Source of the DNA: Candidatus Hydrogenedens sp.
GTDB taxonomy: Bacteria > Hydrogenedentota > Hydrogenedentia > Hydrogenedentales > Hydrogenedentaceae
Length of the DNA: 64,000 nt
NCBI GenBank assembly: GCA_035378955.1
Contig: DAOSUS010000001.1
Coordinates: 20,580-84,579 of the forward strand
Direction: 5' to 3'
Both the position numbers and the translations under genes were made by a program. Shown here one piece after another: positions 1 to 10,491 of this stretch (its first letter is position 1; each line of letters starts with the position of its first letter). The notes beneath the pieces are model-generated. The model saw only the letters and a program-made list of their open reading frames with translations, was not told where the DNA came from and made no database searches.

Positions 1-605
1 ATAATTGTCCAGATACTGGGAGGAAGAAAAGCCATTACGGTAATGATAAGGAAAAAAGTTGGGATAACCAACATCAGCTCAATAAATCGTAAGACCACCG
101 TATCTACCCATTTCCCAAAATATCCCGAAAGTGAGCCTAATATTACACCGATAATCACAGCTATCCCAACAGCCACGAAACCTACACTCAACGATAAGCG
201 AGAACCCCAAATCATTCGGCTAAGCACATCCCTGCCTCGGTCGTCTGTCCCTAACCAATGATTGCGATTGGGTCCCTGCAAACTTTGCTCCAACTCCTGA
301 TTTAGAGGACCGTGTGGAATGGGTGGTTTTAACATCCATTCCCCGCTGGATGGTTTCCATCGGTCAAAATTCGCATATAAATTCTCTGCTTGTAAATCTG
401 TATATGTAAAAATATTCGGGAATATATATAATTTTCCCCCTTTATATAACAAAATAGGGATGTCATTGGCGATAAAAGGTGCCATTATCGCAATGAGACC
501 TAACAAAACAATAATCAACAAGGCAAAAAGGGAAAGACGATGTTTGCAAAATTCCCGCCAGACTGTATTGTAATAACTATGTGGATTTCCTGATTTCCTG
601 AACAC
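1..605 (-). CDS. ABC transporter permease, OppC/DppC-like. The 5' part is present; the gene runs off the window start.
   Basis: The minus-strand frame reads ...WREFCKHRLSLFALLIIVLLGLIAIMAPFIA...HWLGTDDRGRDVLSRMIWGSRLSL..., which is the classic OppC N-terminus and signature. The start is probably the GTG at 603-605, so the ATG-only ORF track does not list it. It lies directly downstream of oppB. Confidence 0.6.
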   Translation of the reverse strand, partial: MFRKSGNPHSYYNTVWREFCKHRLSLFALLIIVLLGLIAIMAPFIANDIPILLYKGGKLYIFPNIFTYTDLQAENLYANFDRWKPSSGEWMLKPPIPHGPLNQELEQSLQGPNRNHWLGTDDRGRDVLSRMIWGSRLSLSVGFVAVGIAVIIGVILGSLSGYFGKWVDTVVLRFIELMLVIPTFFLIITVMAFLPPSIWTI

Positions 606-613
606 CTGATTTC

Positions 614-1609
614 TTACTCCAATCGAATTCTTGGGTCAACAACGGCATACAAAACATCACTTAAAACAAGACCGATTAAAGTCAAAAAAGTAGAAATGGT
701 AAAAACACCCATAATCAGGGGATAATCTCGGGTTAATACCGCTTCAAAGCCCAATCGTCCCATGCCCGGAATAGAAAAGATGGTTTCAATAATAACACTT
801 CCTCCAATTAGCCCCGGTAAAAGTCCTGCAAATAAAGTAATAATAGGAATTAATGAATTCCGCATAGCATACTTAAAGACAACCATCTTTTCCGAAAATC
901 CGTAAGCCCTTGCCGTTCGAATGTAGTCCTGCCGTATTACATCTAACATACCTGTCCGCATATATCGGGATAAGCCTGCCAAACCTGCATAGGTCATACA
1001 GAACAAAGGCAAGACCATGTGCCAAAGTCGGTCGAGTAGCCAGCCAAACCATGAATAATTCGTAGCATCAATACTATTAATACCATTGACCGGGAACAAA
1101 TTCCACCAATCACCACCTCCTAAAAAAAGAATTAAAAGCATAGCAACCCAGAAACTCGGAAGACTATATAAAAGGAATAGGATAAGCGTAATAATCTGGT
1201 CAGAAATAGTCCGTTGATGGGTTGCCGAATAGGTGCCTAAGGGGATTGCAATGAGATAGATAAGTAAGGTTTCAAGAATGGTAAATTGAAGTGTTATCGG
1301 TAGCGTCTCTGCTATTTTCTCCATTACAGGACGCTGGTCTTTATAACTTTTGCCAAAATCGAGACGAAACATTCGTCCTAACCACAGGGCATACTGGACA
1401 AGGATAGGTTTGTCCAGACCATACAATGCTTTAGTTTGTTCGATTATCTTTTCCGTCTCAATATTTGCACGCATGGCTCCACCTTCTCCGCGTAACTTAA
1501 AAGCCACAGGACTGCCCGGAGCTAACTGGATAATTGCAAAGGTTATCAAACTAACTCCAATAAAGGTCGGAATAATTAATAATAGCCTCTTTAAGATATA
1601 GGCATACAT
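614..1609 (-). CDS. ABC transporter permease, OppB/DppB-like
   Basis: N-terminus MYAYILKRLLLIIPTFIGVSLITFAIIQLAPGSPV; multi-TM BPD_transp_1 architecture; operon with the SBP upstream and the partial oppC downstream. Confidence 0.85.
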   Translation of the reverse strand: MYAYILKRLLLIIPTFIGVSLITFAIIQLAPGSPVAFKLRGEGGAMRANIETEKIIEQTKALYGLDKPILVQYALWLGRMFRLDFGKSYKDQRPVMEKIAETLPITLQFTILETLLIYLIAIPLGTYSATHQRTISDQIITLILFLLYSLPSFWVAMLLILFLGGGDWWNLFPVNGINSIDATNYSWFGWLLDRLWHMVLPLFCMTYAGLAGLSRYMRTGMLDVIRQDYIRTARAYGFSEKMVVFKYAMRNSLIPIITLFAGLLPGLIGGSVIIETIFSIPGMGRLGFEAVLTRDYPLIMGVFTISTFLTLIGLVLSDVLYAVVDPRIRLE

Positions 1610-1615
1610 CCGTCT

Positions 1616-3325
1616 TTAGTTCTCCTTTACATGAACATACCGTTGTAAATGGGTCGGAACAAACCATTCCTTTTCATAAATACCAAAGGGATACACACGA
1701 ATACCATGTATTCGTTTATCCACAGCAACAATCGCTTTCGGCGCCATTAAGAAGGTATAAGGCTGTTCTTCATTCACAATTTCCTGAAATCTACGATATA
1801 ACTGTATCCGTTCCTGACGGTCAAAAGAAACCCGTGCCTGCTCAATAAGTCGGTCTGCTTCCTTATTGACAAATCCCACATAATTGGAACCTTTTTCTGC
1901 CTGACTGGAGTGCCATACCTGATAAGGGTCAGGGTCCGGTGGCATCTGCCAGCCCATTAGAACAGCATCAAAATTGCGTGCATCCACACGCTCTAATAAA
2001 GAAGCCCATTCCATTTGCCGTATTTGCATATTTATCCCTGCCCGTTTCAGGTCTTCCTGATACACCGTCAAAATCTTTTCCGCAATAGGATTACTATTTG
2101 TTGTCATAATCTCAAAGGCAAGGTCTTTTCCTTCTTTATCACGAATTCCATCGCTGTTATGGTCTATCCAGCCAGACCTATCCAGTAATAGTTTCGCTTC
2201 TTCCGGGTTATAGTTCCATCGCTTAATTTCGGAGTGATATTCCGGTGTCCCGGGCATAAACGGACTATCTATCGGCTCTGCCATTCCGAAATACAACCGT
2301 TCAATAATCTGTTGGCGATTAAGCAACATCGTTAAAGCATGGCGAACCGTTTTTTCTTTGAGCACTGGATTACGGGTATTCCAGCCGATATAGTTATAGG
2401 CGGGTCGTGGGTATATGAACATATTAAATTGCTTTTGAAATGTTTCTGACTGTCCTCTTCGCACCCAATCTTCAGGACGAATGGCCATATAGTCCAAATC
2501 GCCACGACGCAATTTCAAAAAAGAAGCATTATCATCCAGAATAATTTGATAAACGATACGGTCAAAATAAGGTTGTCCTTCTTTTTTCCGCCAATAATTC
2601 GGATTTCGTTCCAGAACTAACTGCAAGCCCGTCTGCCATTCCGATAATATATAAGGACCTGAGCCAATAGGTTTTCGATTGTTAGGGTGATTATTAAAGT
2701 CTCCCTGTCCATAAACATGCTCCGGCAAAATTTCTAATAAGCCCAACATTACGGCATGCTGGTAATAAGGTTTTTTACAATGATACCGAACCGTATAATC
2801 ATCTATAACCTCACACGATTCCACATCCATATAATAATTTTTCAAGTGTGGAGCGTCCGTGGTAGGGTCCATCAACTTATCGAAAGTAAACTTAACATCC
2901 TTTGCGGTTAGAGGATGCCCATCGGAAAAACAAACATCCGTCCGCAAGTAAAAAGTATAACTCAGATGGTCCTCCGACACTTCCCATTTATTAGCAACGC
3001 GTGGGATTAACTCCAATGTTTGTGGATTACGGTCTAACAAGCCATCAAATATCCATGCTAACACCAGAGAGGAATACGCATCTGTGCTGGTTATGGGGTT
3101 CAGATGGGGCATTTCCGCAGGTAATCGGGTAATAAGCCAATCTCCTTGAGAAGGGGACATATTTGTCCCAAATTCCGTCAGCCCACGAGTAGTATTTTCA
3201 GAAGAAACCCATGACTGCCCTTCCGAAAAACAACCCGGAAATAGAACCGTTCCCGCAAAAAAGAATATCAGGTAAATTAGAACAAATGGTTTTGTCATAG
3301 CACTACTGCTTTTTATATTTTTCAT
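1616..3325 (-). CDS. ABC transporter substrate-binding protein, family 5 (OppA/DppA-like)
   Basis: Roughly 570 aa secreted protein with a hydrophobic signal (MKNIKSSSAMTKPFVLIYLIFFFAG) and SBP_bac_5-like composition. The likely true start is the Met at 3325 rather than 3382. Confidence 0.8.
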   Translation of the reverse strand: MKNIKSSSAMTKPFVLIYLIFFFAGTVLFPGCFSEGQSWVSSENTTRGLTEFGTNMSPSQGDWLITRLPAEMPHLNPITSTDAYSSLVLAWIFDGLLDRNPQTLELIPRVANKWEVSEDHLSYTFYLRTDVCFSDGHPLTAKDVKFTFDKLMDPTTDAPHLKNYYMDVESCEVIDDYTVRYHCKKPYYQHAVMLGLLEILPEHVYGQGDFNNHPNNRKPIGSGPYILSEWQTGLQLVLERNPNYWRKKEGQPYFDRIVYQIILDDNASFLKLRRGDLDYMAIRPEDWVRRGQSETFQKQFNMFIYPRPAYNYIGWNTRNPVLKEKTVRHALTMLLNRQQIIERLYFGMAEPIDSPFMPGTPEYHSEIKRWNYNPEEAKLLLDRSGWIDHNSDGIRDKEGKDLAFEIMTTNSNPIAEKILTVYQEDLKRAGINMQIRQMEWASLLERVDARNFDAVLMGWQMPPDPDPYQVWHSSQAEKGSNYVGFVNKEADRLIEQARVSFDRQERIQLYRRFQEIVNEEQPYTFLMAPKAIVAVDKRIHGIRVYPFGIYEKEWFVPTHLQRYVHVKEN

Positions 3326-3414
3326 GCTAAATAATATATAATTATCGCATTCCCATGCGAATTGATAACACCTAAAAACCATAACAGATATTACATAAGG
3401 AAGATGGATATCCT

Positions 3415-4323
3415 ATGTCTCAAATAGAAAAAACAGATATTCAGAAAATAAATACAATAACAACACTGCTTGAAACTACAACAAAGATTATGAGTAACGA
3501 AATAGAAGAGACTTCTATAAATTCTATGTTTAATGAAACAAACCCATTATGGGTTCGAACGGTTGACAATCAATTTTGTGGAATAATCAATGATAGCAAT
3601 GATATAAAACTGATTCTTTCTACCGCACAAAGAAAATCCGAAAAAGGGTCGCCTATATTTGTTCAGCAAGGGATAGAAGGAAAAACCTGCTATCTTATCG
3701 GTTATCGTATGTCCTATCATTTTTTCCCTGTAGAAATATTCGGTGTTGAGTTTATCCCAGGGAATTATCGTATTCCTCGATTGCTCTGGTTGCCTGTAGA
3801 ATTTTCCGGGAAAGAATTAAAAGGGATAACAGAAAAAGCCAAAGAAGTTTCACGAAATCTTCCCATCGGCTATTACGGAATCTTATTTGAGTTTATCGTA
3901 AATGCACAAGGTATATTTTTATCCTTTATTGACCTATTTTTCCAGCCAGATGAGGAAATGTGCCAGATATGTAAAGAAGGAACCGGCATAGATTTAATGC
4001 AAATACATCAGACTATTGAAAACCATGGAATTCCCAATTCAGTCCCTACACGAGAATTAGGATGTGCTATAGCATGGATTATTCCGCATAGTGGCATTGT
4101 GCAAAGTATTAAGAATATCGAGAAGGTGCAAAATACCGAAGGGATTAAACAGGTGCAGGTAAAAGTGCATGAGGGGGATTCTCTCACCCATGTAACAGAT
4201 ATAGAGTCCCGCAATAAAACAGGTTATGTAATTGCCATTGGACCCGATGCTTTCACGGCAAGAAATAGGGCGTTATCCGCAGTCTCCCGAATACAAATTA
4301 ATACCCGCAATCTTTTACCGTAA
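3415..4323 (+). CDS. Hypothetical protein, possibly with an ATP-grasp-like fold
   Basis: The central and C-terminal segments (IGYYGILFEFIVNAQGIFLSFIDLF...GYVIAIGPDAFTARNRALSAVSRIQI) resemble ATP-grasp B/C subdomains. No firm family assignment. Confidence 0.3.
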   Translation: MSQIEKTDIQKINTITTLLETTTKIMSNEIEETSINSMFNETNPLWVRTVDNQFCGIINDSNDIKLILSTAQRKSEKGSPIFVQQGIEGKTCYLIGYRMSYHFFPVEIFGVEFIPGNYRIPRLLWLPVEFSGKELKGITEKAKEVSRNLPIGYYGILFEFIVNAQGIFLSFIDLFFQPDEEMCQICKEGTGIDLMQIHQTIENHGIPNSVPTRELGCAIAWIIPHSGIVQSIKNIEKVQNTEGIKQVQVKVHEGDSLTHVTDIESRNKTGYVIAIGPDAFTARNRALSAVSRIQINTRNLLP

Positions 4324-4370
4324 AAGTTTTTCCAAAGTCATACACAACCGTCTTTTCAAAACCTTACAAC

Positions 4371-5396
4371 TTATATTACACTTCCCGTCTTTTTAATGAT
4401 ATTCTCCGCCATGCAAAGGAGCTCGACCCATTGGATATTATAGTAACGGGGATTATGAATATCTGCATTTATACCATTGCGAATTTTACCAACCATAACT
4501 TGAACGGCTTCTTCTACACTAACCTGTGGACGAAAACCTAAAACCTGCTCGGTCTTTTTCGTTGAAACACGATAACTGCGTCCCCGTGTAGAGCCATATT
4601 CCACTTCAATCTCTATATTCATTCCATTCTCACGAAATACCTTACGAACCCAATGGGCTAATTCAAGTATCCTGTAATTCTTATAAGAAAGGTTAAACAC
4701 TTGATTTCCTACAATTTTCAGGTCGGCTTGCAGGCAGGCAATATAAGCACGGGCTATATCCGTTACATCAATTAAAGGACGCCACATTTCGCCTCCACAA
4801 TGAACCGTCAAGCAACCTTTTTCAAATGCAGATTTAACAAAAGTATTCACAACAAGGTCATACCTCATTCGGGGGCTCCATCCATATACCGTTCCCTGCC
4901 GTAATAAAGTCGGACAGAAATCAGGTCCGGATAGCTTTAACAGTTCTCTTTCCGCCTGATATTTGCTTACGGCATACGCAGCACGCGGTTCCACAGGACT
5001 TTCTTCATCCTGCAAAATATCCTCGGCCAATAATCCACGGTCATAAATAGAACAACTGGAGGCAAAGATAAATCGTTTTATACCTCTCCGTTTGCAATGC
5101 TCTCCTAAAATAGCTGTGGCTTCTGTATTCAGTTTTTTATTCGCCTCAGGATTAAATTCCGCCATCGGGTCATTGCTCAAACCTGCCAGATGAATTACAC
5201 CTTCAACACCCTCCAGCCATGTAGCATCCAATTGACATAAATCCCCTTGAATACACTCAATACGATTTTTTACTTCTTCCAGACCTTCATCCCCAAATAG
5301 GAATTTATCAACAACTCGAACGGCAAATCCATGATTTAACAATTCACGAACGGCAACCGCACCAATATAGCCAGAACCACCTGTTACCAATATCAT
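4371..5396 (-). CDS. NAD-dependent epimerase/dehydratase (SDR family sugar-nucleotide enzyme)
   Basis: N-terminal MILVTGGSGYIGAVAVRELLNHGFAVRVVD Rossmann motif (TGGxGxIG); extended SDR with a YxxxK region. Confidence 0.85.
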   Translation of the reverse strand: MILVTGGSGYIGAVAVRELLNHGFAVRVVDKFLFGDEGLEEVKNRIECIQGDLCQLDATWLEGVEGVIHLAGLSNDPMAEFNPEANKKLNTEATAILGEHCKRRGIKRFIFASSCSIYDRGLLAEDILQDEESPVEPRAAYAVSKYQAERELLKLSGPDFCPTLLRQGTVYGWSPRMRYDLVVNTFVKSAFEKGCLTVHCGGEMWRPLIDVTDIARAYIACLQADLKIVGNQVFNLSYKNYRILELAHWVRKVFRENGMNIEIEVEYGSTRGRSYRVSTKKTEQVLGFRPQVSVEEAVQVMVGKIRNGINADIHNPRYYNIQWVELLCMAENIIKKTGSVI

Positions 5397-5434
5397 ATCA
5401 AAATACCTTTCTTCTAATGTTTGTCTTTTTATTA

Positions 5435-7336
5435 TTATGGCACAGAGATAGTTTGCATTTCTTTTTGGGTTAACCCTGCGTAATCTGCAACTATGAAGGT
5501 AATTGTATGTGTGCCGGAGGGTAAATCTTCATCTTGTTCCCAGCGTAATATTCCACGAGGTCCATCGTATTCACTTAATAGCCATTTCTGGTCACAGAAT
5601 ATTTCTGCCCGTGCTATACCACTTCCTATATCAGAAATTACAGCCGATATAGAAGGCCTTTTTGTTGGCTGTTTCGCATCTTTGTTAATAGCGATATTTG
5701 TGATTTGTGGCGGTTCATCGTCTCTTATTAAGGCAAAAGTGCCCCAATCAGATACTTTACCAATAACAAAATCCCTTTCCTTTTGAGAATCTATTCTTGA
5801 CCATGAAGACCCGGATTTCCGATATAAATGTATTCGTTCTTGAGCTTGGACATTATTCCGAATCCGCATTTTAATCGTCACAGCCTCTGCTATCGGCATG
5901 TTGTAAGGTTCTATTTTCCATATATTCGAAGCAATTGTCAAACCTTTAGGAACTTTCTGTGAAGATACCGGAGAAATAGATAGCCAGAGAATACCGTAAG
6001 AGATATGGGAAGGTACATCTATCTGAAAATCATTTAATACGATAGGTGCCATTTTACTTTGTGTCTTAACAGCATACACACTTTTTTCCCATACAGGCAT
6101 AGATGGATGCGAAACTCGAAAAGTATATTTCCCTGATGCCGTAGGTTTCCAGGGAAGTTCGTATATATTACTTGTCCGCTGGACAGGTTTTAGTGAAACA
6201 GTTCCCTGTTCCGAAGTGCAGGTAATTTCCGGTGCTTCTTTGGAAGATGTTGAGGCTAACAAAATCTCTAACACAAGGAATTCCGGCAAATAAGAAATAG
6301 AGATATCACTTTTTTCTATTTTTTTGTTCAAACGATTCGCAGGATTCCCTGTGATATAAAGCGGAACCTGTGTCTTATTTCCCTTAAAATCCTCTACTTC
6401 TATCTGTATATGCTCGTCATCTTCTATGGAAAGCCATTCTTTCCTCACCTGTTTGTAATTGGGCGACTGATTTCCCTGCCACTGCCACAATAACCAATAA
6501 ATCGGATTCGAAATGTAGGGATAAAAAGATACAATAGCATCCCTATAGGTATTGTAATCAAGGCGGTCTTGCTGAATGGTAGATAAAACAGTATCCGTCG
6601 TTTTCAATGAAATTCGGTAAGGTCCCAACTTGCAGGTATCCGATTCATTGTCAATAGTGGAAACACCAAATCCTATTGCTCCTTTTGCGTTAATTAATAT
6701 AGGTAATGCGGTCTTTTCGGTGATAGGGATTTCCAGCGGCAGACAGCGTCCATTAATGGTTGTATCCATACTTCCGGGAATAACGAGGAGGGATGTTATT
6801 TGAGGTTTATTACGGTCAATCCATCGGAAACCATATTCCCATGGGTTCAGGCATGTAATTCCATCTTTTGTGCGAAGTTCAAAGTGCAAATGAGGTGCTT
6901 TTGTCCCGGACTGACCTGTATATGCAATCAAAGCCCCTTTTTTCACAGGCAGTTCGTTTTCTTTTAGTGTCAGGTCCACTGTGAAGGACTCTTTTTGATG
7001 TTGCACCTTTCGCAAATAAGACTGATACGGCTCTGCAAATGAATGGAGATGTGCATAAATCCCCATAATTCCAGAATGAAATTGAATATATAACACACGA
7101 CCATATCCCCAGGGACTACAACGCATTCGTGCCACATAACCATCATCTATGGCATAGACAGGCGTTCCAATGGTAGCACGATAATCTACACCCATATGAA
7201 AGCGTCCATCCCGATATTCGCCAAAGGAAGAGGTAGCAAATAAGTCTCCTTTCAGAGGAAGGATAAAAGACTCCCCTGCTGAAAGGAAAGGGATACATAC
7301 AAAAATAAATGGAATGAATAAAGGTAAAAACTTCAT
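5435..7336 (-). CDS. Secreted M23-family (LytM-type) metallopeptidase with a large C-terminal domain
   Basis: Signal peptide; HMGVDY (HxxxD) and HLH (HxH) zinc motifs near the N-terminus. Its stop overlaps the SurA-like gene start by 1 nt. Confidence 0.8.
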   Translation of the reverse strand: MKFLPLFIPFIFVCIPFLSAGESFILPLKGDLFATSSFGEYRDGRFHMGVDYRATIGTPVYAIDDGYVARMRCSPWGYGRVLYIQFHSGIMGIYAHLHSFAEPYQSYLRKVQHQKESFTVDLTLKENELPVKKGALIAYTGQSGTKAPHLHFELRTKDGITCLNPWEYGFRWIDRNKPQITSLLVIPGSMDTTINGRCLPLEIPITEKTALPILINAKGAIGFGVSTIDNESDTCKLGPYRISLKTTDTVLSTIQQDRLDYNTYRDAIVSFYPYISNPIYWLLWQWQGNQSPNYKQVRKEWLSIEDDEHIQIEVEDFKGNKTQVPLYITGNPANRLNKKIEKSDISISYLPEFLVLEILLASTSSKEAPEITCTSEQGTVSLKPVQRTSNIYELPWKPTASGKYTFRVSHPSMPVWEKSVYAVKTQSKMAPIVLNDFQIDVPSHISYGILWLSISPVSSQKVPKGLTIASNIWKIEPYNMPIAEAVTIKMRIRNNVQAQERIHLYRKSGSSWSRIDSQKERDFVIGKVSDWGTFALIRDDEPPQITNIAINKDAKQPTKRPSISAVISDIGSGIARAEIFCDQKWLLSEYDGPRGILRWEQDEDLPSGTHTITFIVADYAGLTQKEMQTISVP

Positions 7337-8487
7337 TACTTCTTTTTTTTCTTGGGTGTTGTTGCCTTTGTTGAAGGTTGTGTCGGCGTAGAAGTTTTAT
7401 CTGCAGAGGCTTTGTCCTGACGGTATAATTTTTCTAAAATAGGGTCAAACGCAAGGAATATTTTTACTTTCTCCGAATCGTTCAAATAGGGTTTACAAAA
7501 CTCAAATATCTTTTCATCTGTCTTCTGTTCGGTTAAAATATTTTTTATCTTTTCTTTGACCTGCTCAAAGGTAACCTTCTCTTCTGCCTCGCGTTCTAAC
7601 AATTTGAACAAATGCCATCCCAGGGGGCTTTTTAAAACAGGACTGAGGTCGCCCGGCTTCATGGTGGGAAGAACCTGTTTCAAAAATGGAGGCAAGGCTT
7701 CTGTAGGTATCCATCCCATATCGCCACCTTTTTGATGGTCCGGTGCTTCGGAAACAGAACGGGCAACCGCTTCAAAACTTTCCCCTGCTTTTATTCGTGC
7801 TAAAGCTTTCTCTACCTCTTTTTGTGTCTCCTGCCATGCCTTTTCATCGGCGGTTTTTGCATTGGGTTTTGGTTGGCGAAATATCTGTTGTAGATGCACC
7901 CGCGAGGGCTTCATGAAAAGGTCAGGATTGCTGTCATAAAACTTTTTTATTTCATCATCCGTAACGGTTATCTTGTTCTCACTCGCTAAGGCTTGTTTCA
8001 TCTTTTTTAATATTAGATTTTTACGCGTCCTTTCGCGAAAAGATTCTACCGTCTCATTTTTGGCTTTTAAGATTTCCTCCATACTGGGAGGGTTCTTTCC
8101 TGCTTTACGGGCATCTTCCTGAATTTCCTTAATTTGCTCATCAACCGCTTTCTTGACCTCATCCTCTGTTACCGAATATTTCCGTTTCAGTGCTTCCTGA
8201 TATAAAATTTCCCGTTGGGCTAAATTAGTAACACAACGGATAGCAATACGGACACGGTCCTCATCCTTAACATCTTTTTGTCCTGTCCCTGCCACATATT
8301 CCAGTAGTTCCATATGATACCTCATCAAAAATTCTTCCTTTGATATAGGCTTACCGAGAACCAACGCTACCGGTCCATCTGGAACTGATTTCTCCACAAT
8401 ATCCATCCTGGACAGGTCGGGAGCCTGCGCCCATAGATATGAAACTAAAATTACGGAAATAACAATAAAAAGCAATTTGCGAAACAT
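7336..8487 (-). CDS. SurA/PpiD-like periplasmic chaperone with a parvulin PPIase domain
   Basis: Signal peptide; parvulin signature GGDMGWIPTEALPPFLKQVL...GWHLFKLLER; S/T/P-rich C-terminal tail ending in five lysines (KKKKK). Confidence 0.75.
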   Translation of the reverse strand: MFRKLLFIVISVILVSYLWAQAPDLSRMDIVEKSVPDGPVALVLGKPISKEEFLMRYHMELLEYVAGTGQKDVKDEDRVRIAIRCVTNLAQREILYQEALKRKYSVTEDEVKKAVDEQIKEIQEDARKAGKNPPSMEEILKAKNETVESFRERTRKNLILKKMKQALASENKITVTDDEIKKFYDSNPDLFMKPSRVHLQQIFRQPKPNAKTADEKAWQETQKEVEKALARIKAGESFEAVARSVSEAPDHQKGGDMGWIPTEALPPFLKQVLPTMKPGDLSPVLKSPLGWHLFKLLEREAEEKVTFEQVKEKIKNILTEQKTDEKIFEFCKPYLNDSEKVKIFLAFDPILEKLYRQDKASADKTSTPTQPSTKATTPKKKKK

Positions 8488-8516
8488 ATAACTATCCTTA
8501 CTGTTTAAAATTATAT

Positions 8517-8858
8517 TTATTCCTGTGTCTTATCTGTTGTCTTTTCTGTTTCTGGGGTAATTTCTTTCGGCGTCGTTTTTATAATCAACAATCCATAATA
8601 AGTCAGGATACCTGATATACCATAAGTAATAACAAAAATTAATGCACATACAATAAACATCGAACCTATAGCAACAGAATATCCACTCAATTGAATCATT
8701 AGAAATACAAATAGGGCAATGAGAGTAAAAAACAACCCGACAATCATTGCAATACGATTCGGTTCCAGATGAACAATAACCTGCTTTCTCGTGTCCAAAA
8801 GAGGTCTTACATCTGGATAATCCAGGTTATGAATGTTATTTGTATTATCCTTCTTCAC
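8517..8858 (-). CDS. Small integral membrane protein (hypothetical)
   Basis: 113 aa with two or three hydrophobic helices; first gene of the SurA-like/M23 operon. Confidence 0.4.
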   Translation of the reverse strand: MKKDNTNNIHNLDYPDVRPLLDTRKQVIVHLEPNRIAMIVGLFFTLIALFVFLMIQLSGYSVAIGSMFIVCALIFVITYGISGILTYYGLLIIKTTPKEITPETEKTTDKTQE

Positions 8859-9252
8859 CTACCAATTTATACCTTGATATTTAATCTATATAATATATAC
8901 AAAATTTTGTCCCTTATTCACATTTTTAAATATACCTCTTTTCTTTTTTATTTTTAACACACCTGGATAATCATTACTTTCTTCTACATCATTTACATAA
9001 AAAAGACGAAAACAATATCCAAAACATGCAATGGATTTTAAATTACTTTCCTCATTCTATTCACAACTTAAAAAATTCAATATTCTTCTGTATTTACTTA
9101 TTATTTATTGATAAAAGATGGGTAAATATTCTATTGTAAATAGAACATGGGCGAAACTGTTGCAACTTATCTCTTTACAAAAGGATTATATTATAATATA
9201 TAGTTTGATGGAAGACCTATTTTCACAAAATTAATAAAAAGGAAATCGTTGC

Positions 9253-9987
9253 ATGTTCAAAGGAAAATTATTTTTTTTATTAGCCGCTTGTATTTTTTGC
9301 TTCACTCTTATCTCATACGCACAAAATAACACGGATACATCCACCATTCCACCTATTCAGCAAAATCTCACATTATGGGATATGATAAAGGCAGGTGGGG
9401 TAATACTCTGGATAATTGGGGTTTTGGGCTTTATTGGATTGGTATGGGCGTTTTATCTCCTGTTGACATTAACACCCCGACGAGAACTACCATCAACCCT
9501 CATTCGACGATTGTTTCATTTGCTACAAGCAGGGGATTACAAAGGGGTACTGGAACTTTGTGAAGGACGGGATAAACTAATTGCCAAAATGGTTTTTGCC
9601 GGTGTGAAATTGGTTGGACACGACCGCTATGTCATTCAAGATGCTATGGAAAGTGAAGGGGAACGAGGCGCAAGTATTTTATGGCAACGCATATCTTATT
9701 TAAATAATATTGCGGTTTTAGCCCCTTTGTTAGGTCTATTAGGGACGGTATGGGGCATGATGCAGGCTTTCGGGGCTATTGCATTTAATGATGCTCAGGT
9801 GAAAGGGCTTACCATGGCATACAGCGTAGCCACAGCGATGGTAACTACCGCAGGAGGTTTGGTCGTTGCTATTCCCGCTATGGCAATTTATTTCTATCTA
9901 CGGGGTAGAGTAAATCGAATTATTGCAGAAGTAGAAGCCATCGCCAGTGAAATGGTAGAACTTATTTTGAGAGGAACACGCGTATGA
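9253..9987 (+). CDS. exbB: MotA/TolQ/ExbB proton-channel protein
   Basis: Characteristic C-terminal TM region LGLLGTVWGMMQAFGAI...TTAGGLVVAIPAMAIYFYL; 4-nt overlap with the following exbD. Confidence 0.85.
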   Translation: MFKGKLFFLLAACIFCFTLISYAQNNTDTSTIPPIQQNLTLWDMIKAGGVILWIIGVLGFIGLVWAFYLLLTLTPRRELPSTLIRRLFHLLQAGDYKGVLELCEGRDKLIAKMVFAGVKLVGHDRYVIQDAMESEGERGASILWQRISYLNNIAVLAPLLGLLGTVWGMMQAFGAIAFNDAQVKGLTMAYSVATAMVTTAGGLVVAIPAMAIYFYLRGRVNRIIAEVEAIASEMVELILRGTRV

Positions 9988-10478
9988 GAATTCGTCGGAA
10001 TTATGAAAATGAACCCGAGCCCATTCAAATGGCTCCATTGATTGATATTGTCTTTTTGACCCTTGTTTTTTTTATGGCAACTACCGTATATGGCGTTCTG
10101 GAATCCGAAATTGACATTACTTTACCAACAGCAGAAACTTCTGTGCCAACAACACGTAGCCAGGGAGAAATTTATATTAACTTAAAAGCCGATGGTTCTA
10201 TTGTCGTTAATAATCGTTCTGTATCCCTATCCGAATTGCAGGAGGTATTGAACAAAGTGTCCCAATTCTTCCCCGGCAGTTCCGTCATTATCCGTGGAGA
10301 CCAGAGTGCTATGTTAGGCAATGCAATACGAGTTTTAGATTGCTGTAGAAAAGCCCATATACAGAATGTAGCCTTTTCCGCAATTAATGAAAAACAAACA
10401 TCTAACTCCGAAGGCACTGTCAAAGCAGATACTCCCACAGATACACTTGCTCCTACCCCAGAGACCCCAAAACAATAG
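9984..10478 (+). CDS. exbD: ExbD/TolR biopolymer transport protein
   Basis: MAPLIDIVFLTLVFFMATT N-terminal TM signature of ExbD/TolR; translationally coupled to exbB. Confidence 0.85.
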   Translation: MRIRRNYENEPEPIQMAPLIDIVFLTLVFFMATTVYGVLESEIDITLPTAETSVPTTRSQGEIYINLKADGSIVVNNRSVSLSELQEVLNKVSQFFPGSSVIIRGDQSAMLGNAIRVLDCCRKAHIQNVAFSAINEKQTSNSEGTVKADTPTDTLAPTPETPKQ

Positions 10479-10491
10479 ACAGGATTGACGC

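Noticed and set aside
43-573. Two short plus-strand ORFs (43-261, 319-573) at the window start
   Set aside because: They lie antisense to a much better minus-strand reading frame that encodes the OppC permease signature HWLGTDDRGRDVLSR.
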